The translations under genes were made by a program, and so were the position numbers. The notes beneath the pieces are model-generated. The model saw only the letters and a program-made list of their open reading frames with translations, searched no databases and was not told the origin of the DNA. A stretch of 64,000 nucleotides of DNA from Candidatus Magasanikiibacteriota bacterium (lineage in GTDB: Bacteria > Patescibacteriota > Patescibacteriia > Magasanikbacterales > GWA2-37-8): assembly GCA_041665405.1 (NCBI GenBank), contig JBAYIZ010000004.1, positions 3,958-67,957 of the forward strand, read 5' to 3'. This document shows positions 20,812 to 27,930 of this stretch, piece after piece. Every line of letters begins with the position of its first letter. Position 1 is the first letter of the stretch.

Positions 20812-20844
20812 ATATACATATTAAATCAGTATAATTTACAGAAT

Positions 20845-21120
20845 ATGACCACCCAAGTAATTTTCAAAATTGATACAAAACTTAAAAATCGGGCGATGGC
20901 CAAGGCACAACACGAAGGTATCGCTTTCTCGTCAATTCTTAAATTTGCCACCAAAGCATTTGTTGATGGTGATTTGAATTTGGGTTTAATTGGAAGTGAA
21001 AAGTTCAACTCAACTGTTGGCAGGGATGTGGCAAATGCACAAAAAGATATTTCAAAAGGAAAAAATCTTTCGCCTAGTTTTTCTTCTGCCAAAGCAGCAA
21101 TTAATTTTCTTAAAAAATAA
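20845..21120 (+). CDS. RelB/DinJ-family antitoxin (type II TA)
   Basis: 91 aa from the internal Met (MTTQVIFKIDTKLKNRAMAKAQHEGIAFSSILKF). It has a DinJ-like N-terminus and immediately precedes a RelE-like ORF. The longer ORF call from 20638 runs over the repeat and terminator and is probably not translated. Confidence 0.6.
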   Translation: MTTQVIFKIDTKLKNRAMAKAQHEGIAFSSILKFATKAFVDGDLNLGLIGSEKFNSTVGRDVANAQKDISKGKNLSPSFSSAKAAINFLKK

Positions 21121-21384
21121 ATGAAACTTATGGAGGTAAGATTTCATAAAAATTTTACGAAAAAATTTAAGAAATTACCAGTTAAAATTCAGGAACAATT
21201 TTATGAACGATTAGAGTTGTTTTTTCAGAATAAGTTTGATATAACACTCAATAATCATTCGGTAGACAAAGTTTTCTCAAATTGTAATAGCATAAATATA
21301 AGTGGGGATTACAGAGCGATTTTTGAAGATCAGGATATTATAACTATATTTATTACAATTGGGACTCATTCGGATTTATATTAA
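21121..21384 (+). CDS. RelE/ParE-superfamily toxin (YafQ/RelE-like, type II TA)
   Basis: 87 aa. It reads KFKKLPVKIQEQFYERLELF ... GDYRAIFE ... ITIFITIGTHSDLY, typical of RelE/YafQ mRNA interferases. Its start overlaps the antitoxin stop. Confidence 0.7.
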   Translation: MKLMEVRFHKNFTKKFKKLPVKIQEQFYERLELFFQNKFDITLNNHSVDKVFSNCNSINISGDYRAIFEDQDIITIFITIGTHSDLY

Positions 21385-21387
21385 AAG

Positions 21388-21418
21388 AAAGTTTGCCTAC
21401 CGTCTCGGTAGGGTCTAT
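21388..21418 (+). repeat. Island repeat copy 2 (AAAGTTTGCCTACCGTCTCGGTAGGGTCTAT)
   Basis: It starts 4 nt after the toxin stop and has one terminal mismatch (C to T). Confidence 0.9.
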
Positions 21419-21437
21419 AAAAAAATTGAAAATTAAA

Positions 21438-21461
21438 ATACCTGAAAACAGGTATTTTTTT
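21438..21461 (+). terminator. Rho-independent terminator (TACCTG-AAAA-CAGGTA plus T7)
   Basis: Hairpin plus T-run 20 nt after repeat copy 2. Confidence 0.7.
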
Positions 21462-21470
21462 ATTTTATAA

Positions 21471-21499
21471 TTGACTGTATAGGGTATGGCTGTTAAAAT
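21471..21499 (+). promoter_or_regulatory. Promoter-like TTGACT-N17-TAAAAT, followed by TATAAT and a GGGAGG SD, feeding the GC-rich cassette
   Basis: The -35 and -10 boxes have 17-nt spacing. The SD GGGAGG at 21521-21526 lies 3 nt before the ATG at 21530. Confidence 0.5.
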
Positions 21500-21529
21500 A
21501 ATCCCGCCCTATAATCTCGGGAGGTCGTC

Positions 21530-22201
21530 ATGTTCAAGCACTTTTGTTTGTGCGTGTGGGCGTTCCAGATTGTCTGGGCGCAAGTCGAAATTTCACATTC
21601 AGACCGTCTGCGTCTGTGGATCAAGAGTCTGGCGCTGTACCTGTCGTTCCTCGCATTCACCGATCGCGAGCGACCGAAGGTTCAACTCAAACGAGCCATG
21701 ATCTCGGCAGTGCTCTCGGCGTTGTATGATTACGACACCGATTGGGTGCGGACGAGTGATCCGGCAAGTTCGATGTTCTACCAACAGGTGGACGTACTGC
21801 TCGCTGATCATCCAGCGCGGGAGGAATCCTCGACAACTGTCAAGAATCTCTTCCAGATGGACTGGGAGGGAAAGTTTTCGGCCGATGGTTTGGAGCGCGG
21901 CGGTGTTGCCCTTCGATCCTATAGGAAAATCATCTAAAGTCGGTGGTTGTCAAAATACACCGAGAAGGAGATTGATCACTTCGGTAGAAAATTGCAGATG
22001 GTGGATGACATGCTCGATCTCGAGAAGGACGCTGCGTCCGGAGATACGAACTGTTTTCACCTACCAGCTGCACAGACCTACCGCACTGAACTGCGGCGTT
22101 TCCTGAGGAGTGAGTTCTTCAGGGAGTTGGAGCAGAACTCCTGGGTCTACAAGTCTGTTCGCATGAGGTGCGAACGCAAACTCCAGAGAGGTGTACTGTG
22201 A
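21530..22201 (+). pseudogene. Isoprenyl-diphosphate-synthase-like (Asp-rich GxxLQMVDDMLDL motif) gene interrupted by an in-frame TAA at 21935-21937
   Basis: ~64% GC. ORFs 21530..21937 and 21947..22201 are in the same frame, separated by a single TAA. The downstream part has a trans-IPPS second-Asp-rich-motif-like GRKLQMVDDMLDLEKD...GDTNCFHLP. The whole is shorter than canonical IPPS, so the enzyme may be degenerate. Confidence 0.35.
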
Positions 22202-22992
22202 TTGCTAAGCTCATCTCGACCAGTCGGCCGATGACGGGCGTCTTCGCGGCGCTCCTTTCTGTCGCTGGATTTCGGTACTTCAACGACGCGCCGTGGATGC
22301 TCGTGTCGGCCACCGCCGTTCTCTTCTTGGGAATCACTTGGCACATCATGTCGTTCAACGATCTGATGGACAGGGTGAACGACCTGCGCAAGAACAAACG
22401 GTTCGCGTACGAAAACGAGTGGGCTCTGCGCCAGTACATCGCGGTGCTGAGTTCGGCCACGCTCACCGTCCTTGGTGCGGTCACTGTGTGGGACATGCGT
22501 GTCGGGTTCTTCTGCGCTTGTGTCTGGGCGCTCGGCGTTCTGTACTCGTTCGTGCCGCACTGGTTCGTCGTCCAGAATTTGATCGTCGCGGTGTGCTCTG
22601 GTTCGCCGGTACTCGTCGGCGTGGTCAACAGTGGGGAAGTGGATTACAGGCCGTTGCTCGTGTTTTGCGCCTTCGTCTTTATCATCTTCATTCGTGAAGT
22701 GTACAAAGACATCGAAGACCAGGACACGGACACCGGATACAAGACCACTCTTCCCATCGTGCTCGGCCACGAAGCGAGTGTGGAGGTGACTACTGGGCTG
22801 ACCTTCGGTTGGGCGGTTTGTCTGTTCCTTTACCCCGACACCTTGTTGGGTGTGATCGGGTTGGGTGGGGGTTCGGCTCTGTTGTCCATTCACCAAGAAC
22901 TCTTGTACGACCACAGGAAGTTCGCCCAAGCAAAAGCGGCTTTGGATTGGGTGATCCGAGCCGTCATCGTCAGCATCCTCATCACCCAATAG
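22198..22992 (+). CDS. UbiA-superfamily aromatic/glyceryl prenyltransferase
   Basis: GC-rich. It has the motifs FNDLMDRVNDL (NDxxDxxxD) and YKDIEDQDTDTGYKTTLP (DxxxD...TLP), with 7-8 predicted TM helices. A candidate GTG start at 22198 overlaps the upstream stop (GTGA). The ORF call gives an upstream alternative start at 22168. Confidence 0.7.
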   Translation: MIAKLISTSRPMTGVFAALLSVAGFRYFNDAPWMLVSATAVLFLGITWHIMSFNDLMDRVNDLRKNKRFAYENEWALRQYIAVLSSATLTVLGAVTVWDMRVGFFCACVWALGVLYSFVPHWFVVQNLIVAVCSGSPVLVGVVNSGEVDYRPLLVFCAFVFIIFIREVYKDIEDQDTDTGYKTTLPIVLGHEASVEVTTGLTFGWAVCLFLYPDTLLGVIGLGGGSALLSIHQELLYDHRKFAQAKAALDWVIRAVIVSILITQ

Positions 22993-23122
22993 GAGTGTTT
23001 TCGTTTCGTCCAACCACCTTGAATGCAGGTGGCATGGACGGAATTAAAAAACCGTTCGTGCTACCTGCTTTGATTCTTTATTTGGAATCAGAGCAAGGAG
23101 ATTTTTCACGAGCGGTTTTTTT

Positions 23123-23155
23123 AAAAAGTTTGCCTACCGTCTCGGTAGGGTCTAC
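23123..23155 (+). repeat. Island repeat copy 3 (AAAAAGTTTGCCTACCGTCTCGGTAGGGTCTAC)
   Basis: Exact core. It is preceded by a long-range inverted repeat AAAAACCGTTCGTG (23046) ... CACGAGCGGTTTTTTT (23107) and followed by a terminator. Confidence 0.9.
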
Positions 23156-23163
23156 TGTAAGGG

Positions 23164-23196
23164 ACTGCATCTTCAAAATGGTGCAGTTTTTGTTTT
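23164..23196 (+). terminator. Rho-independent terminator (ACTGCA ... TGCAGT plus TTTTTGTTTT)
   Basis: Hairpin plus T-run 8 nt after repeat copy 3. Confidence 0.6.
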
Positions 23197-23287
23197 GGTT
23201 AAGAGAAGAAATGGAGTTTGCCATTCGAAATTTTTGCATTAGAAATTGTAATATGATAGTATTATAGATATATAAATAATATCCAAT

Positions 23288-23866
23288 ATGGAAGATTGGC
23301 AAAAGAAATTAGAAGCAATGAGATCTGGTTTGCCAAAACAAACTGATTCTTTTGTAATAAATGATGCTTTAATTGTTCCTGCAGCTAAAAAAGAAATTGT
23401 AAGTGTAAAACCTAGCGATAGAGATAGTGTAGAAGTGGAAAAAGATGATGTCCGTACCAGAACTGATTATGATGAACAGGTTAAAAAGGAAATATTAGAA
23501 AAAGAATCATATGATAATGACCCTGATTTTTTAGAAGTAGTTATAATTTTAGGATTGAAAAAAGGCCAGAATAGATATTTTAGAATTCGAGATATTTTTT
23601 ATCATGCAACAAGAACGGATGTCGATTATGAAGTTAATAGATATCTTACATTTACTAATGAAAAGGTACTTTCAATTAAAAAAAAATTAAGAGTACAAGG
23701 ATACAAATCGGCTGCCTACAGATTTTGGTTGTCCGCACAGCCAGAAGGTATGCGATACGGAAAACAAGTAAAAGAAGAACGTTTGAGTCAGGCCGAATAT
23801 TATGCTAAACAAGCGAGAACTACTTTGCAAGAAATTATAGATGGTCACGAGCAGCGTCTTAAGTAA
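23288..23866 (+). CDS. Hypothetical protein (AT-rich cassette, charged/K-E rich)
   Basis: 192 aa. No recognisable motif. Its own promoter-like TTGCAT-N17-TAGTAT lies upstream at ~23234. Confidence 0.4.
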   Translation: MEDWQKKLEAMRSGLPKQTDSFVINDALIVPAAKKEIVSVKPSDRDSVEVEKDDVRTRTDYDEQVKKEILEKESYDNDPDFLEVVIILGLKKGQNRYFRIRDIFYHATRTDVDYEVNRYLTFTNEKVLSIKKKLRVQGYKSAAYRFWLSAQPEGMRYGKQVKEERLSQAEYYAKQARTTLQEIIDGHEQRLK

Positions 23867-23889
23867 TGATTTTTTGGGTTTAGATCAAT

Positions 23890-23918
23890 AGTTTGCCTAC
23901 TGTCTCGGTAGGGTCTAC
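23890..23918 (+). repeat. Island repeat copy 4 (AGTTTGCCTACTGTCTCGGTAGGGTCTAC)
   Basis: It starts 24 nt after the stop and has one stem mismatch (C to T, giving a G-U wobble if transcribed). Confidence 0.85.
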
Positions 23919-23975
23919 ACTGCTGTACACAGGTTCTGGGTGACCGAGAGGACTCAAATCTGTACAGAAAATAAA

Positions 23976-23999
23976 ATACCAATAAAATGGTATTTTTTC
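23976..23999 (+). terminator. Rho-independent terminator (ATACCA-ATAAAA-TGGTAT plus T6)
   Basis: Hairpin plus T-run. It is preceded by a second long hairpin (CTGTACA ... TGTACAG, 23924-23968). Confidence 0.65.
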
Positions 24000-24129
24000 T
24001 TATTTAATAAAATTATACATTTTTCACATCAGAGTATTGAATTTTTCTTAAGTACATGTTAGTTTTATCTTATTCGGTTTCTGCTGTCATGCGGCAGTAG
24101 GAGAAGACAACTCCCACAGGAGGTTCAAC

Positions 24130-25362
24130 GTGAACCGTCATCCGGTGCTGGATCTGTTTCTCAAGTATGCGGCCATCGACACCAAGTCCGGGGTGAATGA
24201 GGAGAATCACCCCAGCTCGGTCGGCCAGACGACCTTGATCGCGATGATCAAGCAGGACCTGCTCGCCAGCGGCGCTACGGAAGGCCAGTTCTTGCACTTC
24301 AAGGACGGCTCGATGTTGGTGCGCTTCGAGGGCACCGTGAACGGCAAGGCGATCTGCTATGCCGCTCACGTGGACACCAGTCCGGAAGCCGCCGGAGGTG
24401 CGACGTGCATCATCCACGAGTACGACGGTGGTGACATCGTCCTGCCCGAGGGGGATGTCGTCATCTCGGAGAAGGATCTCGCCGACAAGAAGGGCACGAT
24501 CGTGACCGCGAACGGACTGACCACGCTCGGTGCCGACGACAAAGCTGGTGTGGCCATCCTCTGCCAGATCGGATCCGACCTGGCCAACGGGACCATCGCC
24601 CACCATCCTCCCGTCGACCTGTACTTCTGCGTGGACGAGGAGATCGGACAGCTCGAGATTGGCGTCGTGCCGTCTGAGATCGTCGGTTCGTGGAGCGCTT
24701 TCATCACGCTCGACGGCGGCAATCCGCAGATGGTCGACACCAGCTGCTTCAACGGCTGGGAGACGATCGTCGAGTTCTTCGGCCAGAGCGCTCATCCTGG
24801 TGCTGACGGCGAGAACCTCAAGCCGGCCCACTACGCGATGGCGCGGCTCATCACCGAGCTGCAGGATACTTGGGTCGTCGATGCTCCCTGGATTTCCCGG
24901 GGCGATGCACCGTTCATCTACGTGTCCAGGGTGGGGGAAATGACCCCCGTTCATGCGCAAGCCGAGGTCATGCCGCGATCCTTCAATGCCGAGGACCTTC
25001 CCAAGTTCCACGAGCTGATTGTCGAGATCACCGAGAACATCGTCGCGTCGTACGGCGTCCGCTGTCAGATCAGTGGTCGTGGGTTGCTGTACGTCAACAC
25101 GGCCACGGCCATCAAGCAGCACCCTGAAGTCCTCGATCCCATCATGCACGCGATCCACGAGATCCTGCATACGACGGGCGAGAACGCCGTCCGCGGCGGC
25201 ACCGATGGTGCCATGGCGAACATGAAGTACCCCGGCCTGCCCTCTCCGAACCTCGGCGTCGGCATGTACAAGTTCCACGGCGTCCGCGAGTTCCTCGTCG
25301 TGAAGGAGATGCTCGCGATGTACGAGGTCATGAAGCTCCTCGTGCCAGCCTATGCCGACTAG
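24130..25362 (+). CDS. pepT: Peptidase T (tripeptide aminopeptidase, M20B family)
   Basis: 410 aa, ~66% GC with GC3 above 80%. Motifs HVDT, GADDKAG, DEEIGQ, GQSAHPG and FHGVRE are present. The SD AGGAGG lies 7 nt before a GTG start. The antisense ORF 24070..25278 is a GC-rich shadow. Confidence 0.8.
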   Translation: MNRHPVLDLFLKYAAIDTKSGVNEENHPSSVGQTTLIAMIKQDLLASGATEGQFLHFKDGSMLVRFEGTVNGKAICYAAHVDTSPEAAGGATCIIHEYDGGDIVLPEGDVVISEKDLADKKGTIVTANGLTTLGADDKAGVAILCQIGSDLANGTIAHHPPVDLYFCVDEEIGQLEIGVVPSEIVGSWSAFITLDGGNPQMVDTSCFNGWETIVEFFGQSAHPGADGENLKPAHYAMARLITELQDTWVVDAPWISRGDAPFIYVSRVGEMTPVHAQAEVMPRSFNAEDLPKFHELIVEITENIVASYGVRCQISGRGLLYVNTATAIKQHPEVLDPIMHAIHEILHTTGENAVRGGTDGAMANMKYPGLPSPNLGVGMYKFHGVREFLVVKEMLAMYEVMKLLVPAYAD

Positions 25363-25492
25363 TTCGTCCCGCCACAGTTCGTTTCCGCTCGCATCCCGCC
25401 AAATTGACTGGGTGCGACCACAAGTCCATCCAGTCCCCTTAATTGATAGTTTAATTCTGTCATTTAAGGGGAATGGATTTGTAAAATAATAA

Positions 25493-25530
25493 AACCACTT
25501 ATAGTAATATGAGTGGTTTTTTGTTGTTTT
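25493..25530 (+). terminator. Rho-independent terminator after pepT (ACCACTTA ... TGAGTGGT plus TTTTTTGTTGTTTT)
   Basis: Hairpin plus T-run. This cassette junction lacks the conserved 29-nt repeat. Confidence 0.6.
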
Positions 25531-25644
25531 AACTTTTAATAATAATTGACAAAAATAGTCTATAGTTGTAGTTTTAACCTAGGTTTCTTGTGTCGCAGGG
25601 TGGTCCTGCGCGAACCAGATCAAGCGCCTCAAGGAAGGTGTCCG

Positions 25645-27093
25645 ATGTTGTTGTCCCCGGTGAAGACCTACTTCCAAGACTTCGGCCAGCTGTTCAAGCT
25701 GCCGAGGGAGTTCTGGGCCATCCAGGCCTTGAACTTCGTGTATTGCGCGTTCTACTTCACGTTCGTGACGATCAGCGCGCTGCACCTGAGCCAGGATGTC
25801 GGCTTCAGCGATGAAGGTGCCGGCCTGCTCTTCGGCGTGTTCATGTTCGGCACGGCGATCATCCAGATCCTGATGGGTCCTGTCGTGGACCGTCTCGGTT
25901 TTCGGAAGACGCCGCTCGTGGCCGCCATGATCATCACCGTCGGCATGCTCGGCATCGGCTTCACGCCGCTCGTGTTCGGCGCCAACAACCTCGCTCGTGC
26001 TCTGATGGTGCTCTTCTACCTCGTGGCTATGGTCGGGAACGGTCTCATGTCCCCGGTTGTCACGGCAGGAGTGAAGAGATTCTCCAATTCCGAGACGCGC
26101 GGCGCGGGCTTCAACATGTGGTACCTGACTATGAATGTCGGAGCTATGCTGACCTTCGTCATCGACTTCATGCGTCGGCCGCTTGAGGACAAGGCCACCG
26201 CCGAACAACTCGCTGCCTTTCGTGATGGTGGGGGCAACTCCAACATCGTGTGGTACCTCGTCGGCCTGCTCGTCGTCTGCTGGCTGGTCGTGTACCTCTT
26301 CCTCAAGAAGGAGGCGCAGTTCGCCGAGTTCAACACGGCCGTGTCGCAGTCGAAGGTCGTCGCGACCAAGACCAAGCAACCGCCTTTCGGCGAGATGATC
26401 AAGGAGATCTGGGCGGACAAGGCGTTTCGCAAGGTCCTCGCCCTCCTGTTCTTCACCATCCCGGCTCACATTCCCTTCGTCGCGATCTTCGTGATCTATC
26501 CCAAGTACTACACGCGGGTGATCGCGCCGGACGTGAACCTGGGGATGTTGCAGTCGCTCAACCCGGTCATCATCGTCGTCGGCCTGCTCATGTTCGCGCC
26601 GTTGCTCAAGCGCTTCAGCGTGTACTGGGTTCTGACCGTCGGCATGTTCATCGGCGGAGCTTCCTGCCTGGTCCTCGCGATCCCTCCGCTGTGGCTCGGC
26701 AAGCTCTTCGGCATCAGCGCCATCGGTGATGTCTACCTCGCGATGGTGGGCGTGCAGATCGTGATCTTCTCGATGGGCGAATTCGTCTGGAGCCCTCAGC
26801 TCCAGGCCTACGTCGGCGCCATCGCTCCCGAAGGCAAGGAAGGCACCTACATGGGCGTGACGAGGTACCCCTACACCCTCGCCAAGTTGTTGGGCGGAGC
26901 CATCGGCGGCCTCCTCCTGGCGCACTACTGCCCTGAGGGAATCAAGCCGTTGCTCGAAGCTGGCAAGGTCGGGTACACCGACGGCCCCGAGTTCATGAAC
27001 CTGATCCTCGCCCTGTTCGCGCTCTCGAGCCCGATGTTCCTGATCCTGCTCCGGAAGAAGTACTACGTCGACACGCGCGCCGAGGCGAGCTGA
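25645..27093 (+). CDS. MFS-family transporter (12 TM helices)
   Basis: ~66% GC. The SD AAGGAAGG lies 6 nt before the ATG at 25645. There are two 6-helix halves with Gly-rich TM segments, and TTGACA at 25546 lies upstream. The ORF call's 25546 start includes the promoter. The antisense ORF 25579..27234 is a shadow. Confidence 0.7.
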   Translation: MLLSPVKTYFQDFGQLFKLPREFWAIQALNFVYCAFYFTFVTISALHLSQDVGFSDEGAGLLFGVFMFGTAIIQILMGPVVDRLGFRKTPLVAAMIITVGMLGIGFTPLVFGANNLARALMVLFYLVAMVGNGLMSPVVTAGVKRFSNSETRGAGFNMWYLTMNVGAMLTFVIDFMRRPLEDKATAEQLAAFRDGGGNSNIVWYLVGLLVVCWLVVYLFLKKEAQFAEFNTAVSQSKVVATKTKQPPFGEMIKEIWADKAFRKVLALLFFTIPAHIPFVAIFVIYPKYYTRVIAPDVNLGMLQSLNPVIIVVGLLMFAPLLKRFSVYWVLTVGMFIGGASCLVLAIPPLWLGKLFGISAIGDVYLAMVGVQIVIFSMGEFVWSPQLQAYVGAIAPEGKEGTYMGVTRYPYTLAKLLGGAIGGLLLAHYCPEGIKPLLEAGKVGYTDGPEFMNLILALFALSSPMFLILLRKKYYVDTRAEAS

Positions 27094-27290
27094 CGAATAC
27101 GACTTCACCACACCCCATCTTCCGAAATACGGTGGGGAAGAGCGACGCTGACTGTCGCTCCGTCCGAAAGGATGTTCATCTTGGCCACCCGGCCAGGTGA
27201 GGAGGATTTGGTCAGAACATTCGACCACCCGCACTCACTTAAATTCAGAATTCATTTCTGGCTTTAAGCGACGGGTGGTTTTTGTTTATG

Positions 27291-27322
27291 AAAAGTTTGC
27301 CTACCGTCTCGGTAGGGTCTAC
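27291..27322 (+). repeat. Island repeat copy 5 (AAAAGTTTGCCTACCGTCTCGGTAGGGTCTAC)
   Basis: Exact core. It is preceded by a terminator-like CCACCCG ... CGGGTGG plus TTTTTGTTT (27222-27288) and followed by a second terminator. Confidence 0.9.
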
Positions 27323-27333
27323 TAGTTTAAAAA

Positions 27334-27360
27334 TTCGCTTATCGAAGCGGATTTTTTGTT
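27334..27360 (+). terminator. Rho-independent terminator (TTCGCTT-ATCG-AAGCGG plus ATTTTTTGTT)
   Basis: Hairpin plus T-run 10 nt after repeat copy 5. Confidence 0.6.
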
Positions 27361-27367
27361 ATCTATC

Positions 27368-27396
27368 TTGACAATACTACTAAATTATGTTATTTT
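27368..27396 (+). promoter_or_regulatory. Promoter-like TTGACA-N17-TATTTT with an AGGAGG SD at 27414
   Basis: Spacing is 17 nt. The SD lies 7 nt before the ATG at 27427. Confidence 0.45.
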
Positions 27397-27426
27397 AATC
27401 AGTCCGAATTTTTCAGGAGGTTCAGA

Positions 27427-27708
27427 ATGCCCAAGCATCGCGCTGGTGGCAAGTACTCAGGTTCGCACACGACCATCATCGATGCCGCCGAGGTGGTCGC
27501 AGACACTGCGGCAAAATTGAAGGAGGTGAGCAAGATTATCCTTGGGATGATAAAGGTTGCGCCTTCAAAACAGGCGCGCCTCAAGATCACGGTCGTTCCG
27601 GCCGGGTTGGAGGTGGTGGTTTACGGCAGAATCTCTCTGCAGACCATCTTCGTCTACACCAAGGACACGAAGAACGTTCAGAGCGCTATCGAGCGAGCTT
27701 TCCGCTGA
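27427..27708 (+). CDS. Small hypothetical protein (93 aa, ~58% GC)
   Basis: A good SD is present. No recognisable motif. The 3' UTR is GC-rich and has two terminator-like hairpins before repeat copy 6. Confidence 0.4.
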   Translation: MPKHRAGGKYSGSHTTIIDAAEVVADTAAKLKEVSKIILGMIKVAPSKQARLKITVVPAGLEVVVYGRISLQTIFVYTKDTKNVQSAIERAFR

Positions 27709-27858
27709 AGGCAAACTCGTGCGCAAGCAACTGACGCTACACCGCGAAGCGTCTGGCAGTGTTGCAACTCGGAATCGCGGTACTGTCAAAAGCAGCTTTG
27801 TTAAAGGCTGTTTTTGTTTTTAAATACATTCGAACTATTTTCGAATTTTTTAATTTAA

Positions 27859-27891
27859 TAAAAAGTTTGCCTACCGTCTCGGTAGGGTCTA
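27859..27891 (+). repeat. Island repeat copy 6 (AAAAAGTTTGCCTACCGTCTCGGTAGGGTCTAC)
   Basis: Exact core. It is preceded by the terminator ATTCGAA-CTATT-TTCGAAT plus T6 (27827-27852) and followed by another. Confidence 0.9.
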
Positions 27892-27902
27892 CTAATCAAA
27901 AA

Positions 27903-27930
27903 ACCAGATCTAAAATTGTCTGGTTTTTTT
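27903..27930 (+). terminator. Rho-independent terminator (ACCAGA-TCTAAAATTG-TCTGGT plus T7)
   Basis: Hairpin plus T-run 11 nt after repeat copy 6. Confidence 0.65.

Noticed and set aside
20638-21120. 160-aa ORF call starting at 20638
   Set aside because: The upstream 69 codons run through the NUDIX 3' end, the 29-nt element, a terminator and the promoter. The internal Met at 20845 downstream of the consensus promoter gives a DinJ-sized antitoxin.
24070-25278. 402-aa ORF antisense to pepT. There are similar antisense or overlapping ORFs at 25579..27234 (551 aa), 22147..23013 (288 aa), 22119..22628, 24366..24752, 26016..26459 and 26250..26729.
   Set aside because: These are shadow ORFs created by high GC content (stop codons are rare). 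They are Arg/Asp/His-rich with no motifs. The sense-strand genes have clear SD sequences and well-known family motifs.
21486-27790. GC-rich segments as chimeric mis-assembly or contamination
   Set aside because: I cannot exclude this without reads. It is disfavoured because each GC-rich block is framed by native-looking AT-rich promoter/SD/terminator sequence and by the same conserved 29-nt element that also follows AT-rich native genes. Random contig joins would not reproduce that module six times.
20697-27891. The 29-nt repeats as a CRISPR array
   Set aside because: Repeat-to-repeat spacing is 0.7-3.4 kb with whole genes in between, not 25-50-nt spacers. There are no cas genes in the window.
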